Positions 39,505 through 51,790 of a stretch of DNA of 64,000 nucleotides are shown here, in pieces. The stretch covers positions 97,129,322 to 97,193,321 of the forward strand of contig NC_068984.1 of assembly GCF_001194135.2 (NCBI RefSeq), read 5' to 3'. The DNA is from Octopus bimaculoides (lineage: Eukaryota). The notes beneath the pieces are model-generated. The model did no database searches, was not told where the DNA came from, and saw only the letters and a program-made list of their open reading frames with translations. The translations under genes and the position numbers were made by a program. Position 1 is the first letter of the stretch. The number at the start of each line of letters is the position of its first letter.

Positions 39505-40674
39505 CTGAAGAAGAAGAACAACAGAATGATGATGATGATGATATAGTTTTAGGGAAAAGAACCAAGGTTCATGAACTCATCGATGAAAATCCAGTTACAT
39601 ATAGAAAAATTAATAAGTAAAAGCACAATAAATAAGTATAATATCATAAGATAAAGATAATATCTTAATCTTATATCTACTTTGTATTATATTATACTTA
39701 TTTATTGTGCTTTTACTTATTAATTTTTCTATATGTGACAGTGGATTTTCNNNNNNNNNNNNNNNNNNNNNNNNNNNNNNNNNNNNNNNNNNNNNNNNNN
39801 NNNNNNNNNNNNNNNNNNNNNNNNNNNNNNNNNNNNNNNNNNNNNNNNNNNNNNNNNNNNNNNNNNNNNNNNNNNNNNNNNNNNNNNNNNNNNNNNNNNN
39901 NNNNNNNNNNNNNNNNNNNNNNNNNNNNNNNNNNNNNNNNNNNNNNNNNNNNNNNNNNNNNNNNNNNNNNNNNNNNNNNNNNNNNNNNNNNNNNNNNNNN
40001 NNNNNNNNNNNNNNNNNNNNNNNNNNNNNNNNNNNNNNNNNNNNNNNNNNNNNNNNNNNNNNNNNNNNNNNNNNNNNNNNNNNNNNNNNNNNNNNNNNNN
40101 NNNNNNNNNNNNNNNNNNNNNNNNNNNNNNNNNNNNNNNNNNNNNNNNNNNNNNNNNNNNNNNNNNNNNNNNNNNNNNNNNNNNNNNNNNNNNNNNNNNN
40201 NNNNNNNNNNNNNNNNNNNNNNNNNNNNNNNNNNNNNNNNNNNNNNNNNNNNNNNNNNNNNNNNNNNNNNNNNNNNNNNNNNNNNNNNNNNNNNNNNNNN
40301 NNNNNNNNNNNNNNNNNNNNNNNNNNNNNNNNNNNNNNNNNNNNNNNNNNNNNNNNNNNNNNNNNNNNNNNNNNNNNNNNNNNNNNNNNNNNNNNNNNNN
40401 NNNNNNNNNNNNNNNNNNNNNNNNNNNNNNNNNNNNNNNNNNNNNNNNNNNNNNNNNNNNNNNNNNNNNNNNNNNNNNNNNNNNNNNNNCTTTGGGAGCG
40501 AAAGAGTTTCGTTTATATTTCACGCCGAAGAAAAAGGTTTATTGACAATCCATTTAACAACAATGAAACAAAGAGGTATGTAACAATTTGTCAATGAATT
40601 ACACAATATAAATAGGTAAAATTTCCCAGGCTCCCCCCCACCCCAACCCGTTTTTTGGACCACAAAAAGGGTTT

Positions 40675-41196
40675 GGTAATTTTTTAGATTAACACCCGCA
40701 CGATTTCCACTACAGTTTTAGGGTAAGGGTTTTAGGGTTAGGATTAAGGTTAGGGTTAGAGTTTAGGGTTTAGGGTTAGTGCTAGGGTTAGGGTTAGGAT
40801 TAGGGTTGATGTTAGGGTTACGGTTTTAGGGTCAGGGTTAGGATTAGGGTTAGGGTTAGAGTTAACCTACAAGAGACAGGCCGCTTATTTTTTGGTTAAG
40901 GCTGTTGGTAAGTTTTCCTAAGTTACTCCAATCCAGATCCCCAATGCAAACCTTCAGATCAACCTTCTCCTATGCAGATCTCTAATGCAACATTTAAAAA
41001 AAGAGTCAATAAGTGAAAATAACCAATAAACTGATTCCTTATGGGATTTCCCAATCAAATTGCCAGCAAACCATTTTCAGTCAAACCAATTTCAATGGAT
41101 TTCGCTCAAATCTGATGTCGATGTTACTTATTTTGGTTTGAAATAAAGCACTTGATCACTTAATAATCCTAGCTTAATCCCGGGCAGCACTGCTAG
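40675..41196 (+). mobile_element. Helitron-like element with a telomere-type repeat cassette
   Basis: Ends in CCCGGGCAGCACTG-CTAG|T at 41196; degenerate TTAGGG array at 40717-40860; shares a 30-bp motif with 63074 and 63222. The left boundary is uncertain. Confidence 0.6.
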
Positions 41197-41730
41197 TGTA
41201 TATATATATATATATATACACAGGCAGTTATTGAGTTAAGCAAATTAGACACATCAAGTATATTAAATATATTAAGTACATCAAATACAAAATATGTATA
41301 TATATATGTATACATGCAAAACGAGAGAAAACAAAAGGTGGAAACTTTCAGATGATGAATTATGAATTTATATGTATAAATATATATATATTTATATAAA
41401 TAGGTCCAACTTAGAGTACAAATGACATAGAAATTTAAAGGGGTAGAATAAAGGTATTATGAATCCAATAGCTGTTTCTGGGGGCTCAACGATCCATAAT
41501 AATGTTGGTGGATTTAGTCCATCACAAAATGTGGCCGTATGGATGCATCTAACATAGGATGAAATAAGCCTCCTTCATTGGGGTAGAGAAGAGCTTGCAT
41601 TTCAAATCTTAATGCAGAGAAGCTTAAAGATGTAATGATTAAATGTGGAGAACGAAGTGTATGAGGGGGGACTGGGAGTATTGAGACAGGGAATGGTGAG
41701 AGGAGAAAAATAGTTTAAGAAGAGCGAAGT

Positions 41731-42391
41731 ACTTCACTGAGGCAATGACTAATGACCAAGACCTTTGGAAATATGCTGTGCTTGAGAAGACCCAGCAAGG
41801 CAAGTAAGGCCACAACCCGTGGCCTATGCCAGTGGTGTAACCAGCCCACTTATGCGTACCTTTCTTTCACTCTGCTTGCGAAGACCTGTTGAGACAAGTG
41901 AAATCGAATTCAAATTCGCTAACATGGCTGATGACAACACTGCCTGACTGGCATCCGTGCTAGTGGAACACCAAGAGCACCATCCGAGCGGGATCATTGC
42001 CAGGGCCGCTGACCGGCTCCCGTGCCGGTGGCACATAAAAAGCACCATTCGAGCATGATCGTTACCAGCATCGCCTTACTGGCACTTGAAAAACAACATT
42101 TAAGCGAGATCGTTGCCAGTGCTGCTGGACTGGCTCCTGTGCAGGTGGCATGTAAAAAACACCATTTGAGCATGGCCGTTGCCAGTACTGCCTGACTGGC
42201 CCTCATGCCAGTGGCACGTAAAAGCTTCCACTACACTCTCGGAGTGGTTGGCGTTAGGAAGGGCATCCAGCTGTAGAAACTGCCAGATCGGATTGAAGCC
42301 TGGTGCAGCCATCTGGCTCACCACTCCTCAGTTAAAACTGTCCAATCCATGCCAACATGGAAAGCGGATGTTAAACGATGATGATGATGAT
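41731..42391 (+). mobile_element. RTE LINE 3' end
   Basis: 3' UTR tandem modules and a (GAT)n tail. Confidence 0.85.
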
Positions 42392-42561
42392 ATTTGATGT
42401 ATCTAATTTGCTTATCCCCATAATTGCTTCTACACCCGCTCAACCTGATCCCTCTTATAGCCTTTCTTTATCTTGTGGAATGAGCACCTGTAAAGACATC
42501 AAAGTCTAAGTTTTAATCTTCTGAGCACTGCTAAGTATCTTCTATACAGAGAATATTTGGA

Positions 42562-42597
<36 letters not shown>

Positions 42598-42600
<3 letters not shown>

Positions 42601-44060
42601 TCATCATATATATATCATCATCATATATATATCATCATTATCATCGTCGTTTAATGTCTGCTTTCCATGCTGGCATTGGTTGGATAGTTTGACCGAGGAG
42701 TGGCAAGCTAGGAGGCTGCATCAGGCTCCAATCTGATCTGGCAGAGTTTCTACAGCTGGATGCCCTTCCTTATGCCAACCACTCCGAGAGTGTAGTGGGT
42801 GCTTTTTTTACATGCCTCCGGCACAGGGGCCAGTCAGGTGGTATTGGCAATGACCCCGCTCGAATGGTGCTTTTTACGCACCACCAGCACAGGAGCCAGT
42901 CTGGTGGCACTGGCCACAACCATGCTCAAAGGGTGCTTTTTACATGCCACTGGCATGGGTGCCAGTCAGGCAGTACTGGCATTGGCTATGACAATGATTT
43001 CACTTGACTCAACAGGTCTTCTTAAGCACAGTATATTGCTCAATAATTGCTGGGTACTCTTAAACGGGCTGGTTATGCGACACTGGCATAGGCCACGTTT
43101 ACGGTCTCACTTGGCTTGCTGGGTCTTCTCAAACACAGCATATCTCCAAAGTTCTCGGTCACTTGTCATTACCTCCGTGGTGCTTCACCACCTCATCCCA
43201 GCTCTTCCTGGGTCTACCTCTTCCACAGGTTCCCTCCACTGTTAGGGTGTAACACTTTTTCACACAGCTGTTCTCATCCATATGCAACACATGACCAGCG
43301 CAGTCATCTCTCTTGCACACCACACCTGATGCTTCTTAGATCCAACTTTTCTATCAGGGTGCTTACACTGTTGTGTATGCACACTGACATTACACATCCA
43401 GCAGAGCTTACTAGTTTCATTTCTTGCAAGCTTATGCTTCAGCAGCCACAGCCCATATTTCACTGCCATGCAGCATGGCAGTTAGCACACGTCATACAGT
43501 CTACCTTCCAACCTGAGCAAGAGGCCCCCTTGTTACCAGCAGAGGTAGGAGCCCTCTGATCTTTGCCCAGGCTATTCTTATTCTAGCAGCTACACTTTCA
43601 GTGCACCCTCCCCGACTACTAACTTCGTCACCTAGATAACAGAAGCTATCAACTACTTCTAGTTTTTCTCCCTGGCATGTGACGTAAGTGGTTTTCTGCA
43701 CATTTTCAGTGTTTATTGCTCCTATGCATCTACCACACACAAAAACTATCTTCCAAGTTAACCTTCCTTTGATATTGCTGCACCTCTTATGTGTCCATAG
43801 CTTACACTGGATACATCTTATGGAGTTTCTACCTATGCCTTTTCTACAGATCAAGCAGGGCCATCTACCTGAAGGGACTTGTGATTTGTCTGCCTTCCTA
43901 CTTACTAAGACTTTGGTTTTTACTACATTGACTCTAAGGCCCTTTGATTTTAGACCTTGTTTCCACACCTGAAACTTCTCTAGTTCTGATAGTGACTCCG
44001 CTATTAGAGCAAGGTCATCAGCAGAGAGGAGTTCCTCTGTTATTGCCTGGAGGTCTATGA
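42598..44060 (-). mobile_element. 5'-truncated RTE LINE (RT C-terminal half with PHD finger, 3' UTR)
   Basis: ORF 43501-44115: LLSADDLAL...CLICRKG...CIQC..WTHKRC...CGRC...FCYLG. Confidence 0.9.
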
Positions 44061-44419
44061 TACATTCATATACATACATACATACACACACATATGCGCG
44101 CACACGCACACACACAAAGTACTATCAATGATGAATGTTTGAAATTTCCCCCTCTGAAAGTGTAGTTAAGGTATTGAACTACTGAGTATACAGAGCAAGA
44201 GTTAAATTCTTACAGTAATTGTTGTATAATGACTTTCTAGATAATAGGTTTATGTTTTCATAACTTCAGGACATCATGTGGTTGATATCTAACTGCAGCT
44301 TCTATAGTACTATGGAGATGAATCCTCCTTGAAATAGCATGGATGGCCAAGGCAACAAGTACCCATACAACAGATAAGTATCTTGAAAGTTGGGTTAATA
44401 GTTTCAGTAGTCATAGAGG

Positions 44420-44788
44420 TTCTTAGCACCATTAGAGCGTAATCGTTACCAGCGTTGCCTTCTAGCATTTGTGCTGGTGGCACGTTAGAAAATCATTCGA
44501 GCGAGGTCGTTGCCAGTGTCACTGGACTGGTTCCCGTGCAGGTGGCACGTAAAAAACACCTTTTGAGCATGGCTGTTGCCAGTACTGTGTGACTGGCCCG
44601 TGCCGGTGGCACGTAAAAGCACCCACTACACTCTCGGAGTGGTTGGCGATAGGAAGGGCATCCAGCTGTAGAAACTCTGCCAGATCAGATTGGAGCCTGG
44701 TGCAGCCTTCTGGATTGCCAGTCCTCAGTCAAATCGTCCAACCTATGCTAGCATGGAAAGCAGACGTTAAACGATGATGATGATGATA
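44420..44788 (+). mobile_element. RTE LINE 3' end
   Basis: Same 3' UTR modules and tail. Confidence 0.85.
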
Positions 44789-44822
44789 TATACATATATA
44801 TATGCACACACACATATGCAAG

Positions 44823-45399
44823 AGAGATGACTGCGATGGTTTGGTCATGTGTTGCATATGGATGAGGACAGCTGTGTGAAAAAGTGTCACACTCTAGCGG
44901 TAGAGGGAACCTGTGGAAGAAGCAGACCCAGGAAGACCTGGGATGTGTTGAAGCACAACATTGGGCATCACTGAGACAATAACAAGTGACTGAGACCTTT
45001 GGAGATATGCTCTGCTTGAGAAGACCTGGTAAACCAACCTATTTAAAAGTACCCTTCAATCATTGGGCAGTAAACTGTGCTTGTGAAGACCTGTTGAGGC
45101 AAGTGAAGTCGTTACCGTGGCTGATGACAGAACCGCCTGATTGGCACCCAGTCCAGTGGCACATAAAAAGCATGATTCAAACATGGTTGATGCCAGTACC
45201 AGCTGATTGGCCCTCATGCCACGTAAAAAGCACCCACAACACTCTTAGAGCGGTTGGCGTTAGGAAGGCATCCAGCTGTAGAAACATTGCCAGATCAGAA
45301 TGGAGCCTGGTGCAGTCTTCTGCCTTGCCAGCCCTCAGTCAAACCGTCAAACCCATGTCAGCATGGAAAGTGGACATTAAACAACAATGATGATGATGA
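44823..45399 (+). mobile_element. RTE LINE 3' end
   Basis: ORF C-terminus remnant, 3' UTR and (GAT)n tail. Confidence 0.8.
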
Positions 45400-46699
45400 T
45401 ATATATATATGTAAATATACACACACACATATATATATATGAAATCACTCACTTGCTTCATTTGACCCATGACATTGCTATGCCATTGGAAGTTTAGCTA
45501 CACAAAGTATATTACATGAAAGATGTGTGTGTGTGTCTCTCTCTCCCTCTTTCCACACAAAATTCAAACGTATTAGTTTACCTGATTAAAATTTTGGCAT
45601 GAAAAATTGCTAAAGGAAAGTGAAAACACTGGATACCATTTGAAAACTAGTCATTTTTAAGGGGTAAGTAAAAGATATTTCGTTTTAATATAATACTTTG
45701 TTTCACACACACAAACACTAGCGTGGTTTTTATAAGGATTTTGTATCATTGTTTCTCTCTCCTGTCCAGACTTCATTACCACTAATTTTTATAATGGTAC
45801 ACTTGTAAAAATTTAACGAAACTTTAAAGAAAGAAACAGCCCCTGTTTTCCAAACAAAAAAGTACTTTGTGACATATTAGGTCACCGTAATTCATTCATC
45901 GAAAAAAAGAAAAACATTTTCCAATAATTCTGGTTTCCTCGTCACTCTTTTGATGAAGAAAAATAAGGGGTTTGCAGTATATTAGTCATCCGTAATGCAT
46001 GCCATTTAAAAGGTATTTATATAAAATTTCATTTAAAAAAAAAAAACATTTTCCTAAAAGTTATAAAGGAAAAACATCAGATTAGATTTCGTGCATTTTT
46101 CGAAGGCCTTTCACCACCCCCATTGCTCTCCGCACATTTTTGTTTTCAGATTCGTTTTCTANNNNNNNNNNTTGTAAAAATTTAACGAAACTTTAAAGAA
46201 AGAAACAGCCCCTGTTTTCCAAACAAAAAAGTACTTTGTGACATATTAGGTCACCGTAATTCATTCATCGAAAAAAAGAAAAACATTTTCCTAAAAGTTA
46301 TAAAGGAAAAACATCAGATTAGATTTCGTGCATTTTTCGAAGGCCTTTCACCACCCCCATTGCTCTCCGCACATTTTTGTTTTCAGATTCGTTTTCTACA
46401 CTTTTTTTTTTTTTCGATTTCGTTTCCGGGTAATGTCAACATTAATCCAAATGTGTATGGTATATCGCTACACATGTTCAGATGGAAAAGCTTAGAAGCA
46501 TGGTGTATGCAGGCATTATCAGAGTTTTAAATAAGATTCTTTTTCTCAACTTGTAAAGCTTTATGTATTGGTATACTGCCCTCGATAGTTTTATCCTGTC
46601 TTTACTATTTTTAAAATTATAATAAAATATATCAAAAGCATTTTCAAAAAGATGAATTTTATACAGACCATTTTGTAATATTATGTTTGTGTCGATTTT

Positions 46700-47420
46700 A
46701 TTGTCTCAAAGAAAATAATGCATTCGCTTTCGAGTTTCCCGCAAATGACAATCTCTGCCGACTTCATAGATTTCACTTTCTGCGTCATTAAACGAAACAT
46801 CGCCTGGATCTTTCTTAGTTTTTTTCCCCTCCCTTGCACTGATTCAAAATTAAACTTATATCGCATTCAGGGTCATTGAGATACTTTACATACCATATGA
46901 CAACATGATGGCACGGTGCAGTGGAAAGTGTCCCCTGCAAGTCACAAACTACCACGTATTGGTCACTTCGATCCCAACGGGTATAGAGCAATAACAGATG
47001 GAATTGAGTGCATCATCTGGATTTAAAAATGTAAATATAGAGATGCGAGGGATACCACACAAAACAAGTAATCCCTCGATGGGGAGGGACTCACATTATT
47101 CTGTGTGCGTATCCATTTATTTTATAATACATAATTCCTACTTCATAATTGCCACACAAAATAACCGAAAGCTTTTAATTAACCGAATATATATACAATA
47201 AAATACCCACCGAATAAACGTCGACAAATAGTTAATCTAATGGTTTTCATATCTTTAGAAGTATAGAGTAAGTGATACACCGGGAAGCACATGTCTGAAA
47301 AAAATGCTGAACCGGAAGTTGTGATAATACCACATGTGAACCACATGATGTAAACATTCATTCACGCAGACACAAACATTATATATGCCACTGGTCACTT
47401 TGAGTTATTTCTCTTAGCTT
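46700..47420. promoter_or_regulatory. Putative CpG-rich promoter with an ETS motif
   Basis: ACCGGAAGT at about 47310-47318; non-repetitive sequence with many CpGs; candidate minus-strand donor at 46893. Confidence 0.35.
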
Positions 47421-48740
47421 TACTTACACATACCCACATGTTTTTGAATTTCAGTTAACATATATATAGACTTCATTCGTTTTAAACTTCTGAACTGTCG
47501 CACGAAATTAACAATATTCTCGAAACAAAACAGATAATCACTACGCTGTCGGTCAAGACGTTAGAAATAACAGCCAAATTTCTCTTGAATAAGGAAGGGT
47601 GCATTAGATAAGGTCTATATCCCTAAATAAGACGGGGTGGTCATAAGTGGAACGTCTTCGATCTTTATACAAATCGTCGTCATATATAGTTTCAAGTTTT
47701 GCTTTTAATTACTTGAAGATGATAGTTAATTGAAATATTCTTAATTAAACATCTGCGGAGGTAAAGAATACGCACACTACCCGTTTTCGGCGTAACAAAA
47801 ACACCGGGTGTGCGTATTCTTTACTTTCGTCTGAATATCAATTAATGAACGAACGAAAAAGAAAAATAGAAGCTGGGTTTTAAATAATGGACATGTTTCG
47901 ACTAATCAACTGTTTCATGTTTGAAATAAGACAGTTGTGACATTCAGGCCTAATGGATTAGTATCTGGTCAACCTTGATAGAGCAGAACTATGATCAAAG
48001 TCATTCTAGCCATGACCATACCGGCATTTTACGAGTGTCAATTACTACACTGACCTATTTAAGAGAGTTGGATGTTACTTGAGGGCGATTTGTTTACTGT
48101 TTTGGTATTTTCATTGCGACATTCTAACAAATCGAATAACAGTTTCCAGATGTAAAGTAAAATAGTTATAACTAGGAAATGAAACCGAGTCCCAGACTAA
48201 GTTCGTTGCTGGTGTAACGCGTTTGCTTACATTACACGCTGTAATATCGTACTTTATTAATAATTTCTCAAGATTTCTCCCTATTTTATAGTTTCAATAA
48301 TTTCTTGAGGATATTCTCCGTTTAATTTATCATTAAAATATTTTCAACTGAAAACATTAGAGCGAGCACCAAAACAAAAATGCCGGATTCTGAAAGGTTA
48401 AAACTCTACACACTATCAAACCATATAGAAAGGCAAAATGTGATGCAAAGAAAAATATAAATGGAAATATTAAAAATTAACAATGCATATAAATCGTTTT
48501 ATAGTTATAAAGTAAATGAAAGTAGTAAAACTCACATAGTGGTGTAATAAAGACTGTATTCAGTAAAATAGAAAACAACGTGTTTAAAAGAAAACAGAAA
48601 TGACGAACTGGTAGTTTACCATGAACTCAACGGTACGGTCGATTGCGACATCGGTGAGATCCGGTTAAGAATGGCTTTTGAAAATAGTGTTTATGAAAAA
48701 ACACATTCCATTACTGCTGATTGACAGCGGTATGTGTGTA

Positions 48741-49000
48741 CAGTAATTCCTCGACTATCGCGGGTGCTACGTTCCAAAAAGCTCTGCGATAGGTGAAAAC
48801 CCGCGAAGTAGAAACAGAACTGTACTGTATATTTATTTTTATATGTATATATTAATTTTATTATAAATGCAAAACAACACCACAGAGGTATCGATGTAAG
48901 CGTAAATAATAAACCGCCTTATGGCGAGGGATTTCGTGCATAGGTTTGGCTTATTGTGGTTGTTTCTGTTATTATAATTGTTGCTGCAATAAAGTATCTT
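48741..49000. mobile_element. Tigger/pogo-like fragment
   Basis: Starts TA-CAGTAATTCCTCGACTATCGCG; right end not found. Confidence 0.45.
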
Positions 49001-49137
49001 CAATGCATTGATTTTGAGCTCTATCCTTTAAGAGACATGTATACATATATATATACAAAAACTCAACTGTGAGTTTTTGGCTAAGACTGTTAACAGATAC
49101 TATATATTTTGTAAAATTTGTTTTATAAAAGTATATA

Positions 49138-49173
<36 letters not shown>

Positions 49174-49179
49174 TTGTTT

Positions 49180-49400
49180 CAGTCATTTGACTGCGTTCAT
49201 GATGGAGCACTGCCTCAAAAGGTGATAGTAGAAGGAATCGACCCCAGGATTTATTCTTTGTTAACCTAGTACTCATTCTATCGGCTTCTTTTGCCGAACC
49301 TCTAAGTTATGGGGACATAAACACACCAGTATCAGTTATCAAGCGATGGCGGGGGGGGGGACAACCACAGACACACACAAATACATATACATAATACACA
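49180..49400 (-). mobile_element. SINE family A, 3' half
   Basis: Homology to the 3425-3640 segment. Confidence 0.75.
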
Positions 49401-49720
49401 CACACACACATATATACATACACACACACATATATATATATATTTAATTATATATACTTATTTTCTCTTAGTTAACAATTAACTCTGACAAAATAAATTG
49501 GTTAATAATTACCAGGGTAGCAAAAGTTCACAAAATAACTGGTGTAACTCCTGTTTACAAGGTAGAAACTCCCTGTTAATTTGAGGTATTTTGAATAAGT
49601 ATAAGATTAAATAAATGGAGTTATACGCATGTGTTAAATGATTTCTTTTATTTCCGACATATGTTTCGAAGATTACAATTGGTCATTCCAAAGGAATGAG
49701 TGNNNNNNNNNNATTTCTTT

Positions 49721-49811
49721 TATTTCCGACATATGTTTCGAAGATTACAATTGGTCATTCCAAAGGAATGAGTGATGTTGAGAAAGATGTAATCTTCTCT
49801 TCAGGGAAATA
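49721..49811 (-). ncRNA. Type I hammerhead ribozyme motif (intact core)
   Basis: Minus strand reads ATTTCC-CTGAAGA-GAAGATTACA-(38 nt)-TGTAATCTTC-GAAA-C-ATAT-GTC-GGAAAT. Confidence 0.85.
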
Positions 49812-50044
49812 CATAAGAATCAACTCAACTGTAAGACATTATTACCGAATGTGACAACTGCGAGTAGGGAAGATTGCTACATATCTTATTTGAAAAAACC
49901 GTTGGATAATGCAACGTTACGAGACAGTATGTTGGACGAGGAAGGAAGAAAAGAAGGAAAAAAGAGAAAATTAGAATCTGGAGTGGAAAGTAAATAGAAT
50001 GATTTTAAACCAGATTAAAATTGAGAGAAAATTATTTTATGTGT

Positions 50045-51130
50045 AATGGAAATGTAAAATGCTATTTTCTCTGTAAACCTTCCTCTGATGTTGTTGCACC
50101 TCTTATGTGTCCATAGCTTATACCAGGTACATCTTATGGAATTTCTACCTATACCTTTTCTACAGATTGAGCAGGGCCATCTACCTGAAAGGATTTGTGA
50201 TTTGTCTGCCTTTCTACTTACTAAGACTTTGGTTTTTGTTAGATTGACTCTAAAGCCCTTCAATTCTAGACCTTGCTTCAATACCTAAAATTTCTTCTCT
50301 AGTTTTCTGGTGGTGATTCAGCTATAAGAACAAGGTCATCAGCCTGTCTTAAATTCCTCTGTTATTGCCTGTAAGACTATGATGAACAAGAGGGGATTGA
50401 GGAGTGATCCTTGGCAAACCCCTACTTGTACCCTGAATTCGTTATTCTCATTGCCAACCCTCACTTTACTGACAGCATCCCTGTACATGGCTTGTACAGC
50501 TCTCACCAACCACTTGTCTATCCCTTTGACCACCAGATAAGAGATCAGGGGACCCTGTCAAAGGCTTTCTCCAAGTCGACAAAAGCCAAGTACAGAGGAT
50601 TATCTTTGGCTATATATTTCTCCTGCAGCTGCCTTACCAGAAATATAGCATCAGTGGTACTTCTCCCTGGCATAAAACCAAACTGCATCTCATCTAGACT
50701 AACTCTCTCCCTAATTAGTTGGGTTATGACCCTCTCCGTAACTTTCAGCACCTGATCCAACAATATGATACTTTTGTAATTATTTCTCTCAAAGGCATCA
50801 CCTTTACATTTTGTAGCAGTCGACTATGCTGCTGCTACACCAGTCATTGGGTATGACTCCTTTGTGTACCACCTGATTTACAATATGGTTGATTAGATCA
50901 TAACCCACGCCGCCAGATAGTTTAAGCATCTCAGCAGTGATTCCTTATGGGCCTTAATTGCTTTATCTAACAAGGTACTGTGAATTCAGAAAGCTGGTCC
51001 CTAAACTGAGTCAACATTTGGCAGACTCTCCTCTTTCATAATGGCATTTCCGAGCCTCTTTCTTTGCAGAATCATTAAATGCAAGTGCACCATCATCCAT
51101 ATGGACACATTTCTCTCCTATGTTATCACA
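50045..51130 (-). mobile_element. RTE LINE fragment (RT domain)
   Basis: QFGFMPGRSTTDAIF, DLEKAFDRVP, GVCQGSLLNPLLF, and a PHD segment. Confidence 0.88.
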
Positions 51131-51139
51131 ATTTTCGCT

Positions 51140-51790
51140 CTCACACTGTATATATAAATTGTACATGTTTTATTGTCAAGTGGTATTTTTCACCCATACT
51201 TTTATACCTTTCATTTGATAATAAATCAACTACTATTTGGAGATAGTTGAGCATAATGTGTACACCACAGCCAATGCCCACAAGGTCCCTTCCAAAGTTG
51301 GTTTTTAATTTGTTGAATATGTTGTTTGCCACTAAAATTTGCGTTGCATTTGTTTCCATAAAATCCAAGAACCTTTTCCTGTGTCTGTCAATAACTGAGA
51401 CTAAGGTATTAGTCAAGATTTCAGCCATCTCACCTGGAACAGTGTGCATACACAAAAATTTACTTTGTACTCCCTGACCAACATCGAGTAATGAAAGGTA
51501 GCTTTTTGATTTGAAGTCCTCATAGTGACTCACAAAATTTTTCCATGCTAGATCTTTTAAAAAGTTCAGATGTAACCATTGATGCAATTACATTTAAAAC
51601 CATGGCTTCACATTTTATCTGTGGTAGACAAAACTTTGGCTCAAAAAGTTTAGTGACGAACTTTGTCAAACAGTAAATTGTCTTGAAGCTCTAATTTCAT
51701 TCTTTCTCACTCTTTAGAAAAATATCTAACTGTGGTGATGCCTTGTATCGCTGAGATATCTGACTTACCTCCATGTGCTTCAGAGGAATA
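51140..51790 (-). pseudogene. hAT-like transposase remnant
   Basis: GVQSKFL...GEMAEIL...NNIFNKLK...LVGIGCGVHIMLN...FIYTV resembles a hAT catalytic region (CxxH-like motif). Confidence 0.55.

Noticed and set aside
40717-40860. True telomere or chromosome-fusion scar
   Set aside because: Short, degenerate, and attached to a repeat motif shared with the 63.1-kb element.
41440-41540. Possible fourth hammerhead (minus-strand GAAACAGCT)
   Set aside because: No CUGANGA core or convincing stems I and II.
45803-46400. Apparent tandem duplication (45803-46161 versus 46172-46400)
   Set aside because: It straddles a 10-N gap and the copies differ by one indel, typical of uncollapsed haplotype overlap.
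46681-46866. 61-aa ORF
   Set aside because: No recognisable homology; it reads like promoter-proximal intron.
46908-46980. tRNA-like sequence (GCAGTGG...TTCGATCC)
   Set aside because: Acceptor, anticodon and T stems do not pair.
48596-48730. Plus-strand exon candidate NDELVVYHELNG...
   Set aside because: An in-frame stop precedes the donor, the acceptor is weak, and I recognise no homology.
49644-49775. Apparent tandem second hammerhead copy
   Set aside because: An identical overlap across a 10-N gap, probably an assembly artefact, although a true tandem cannot be excluded without long reads.
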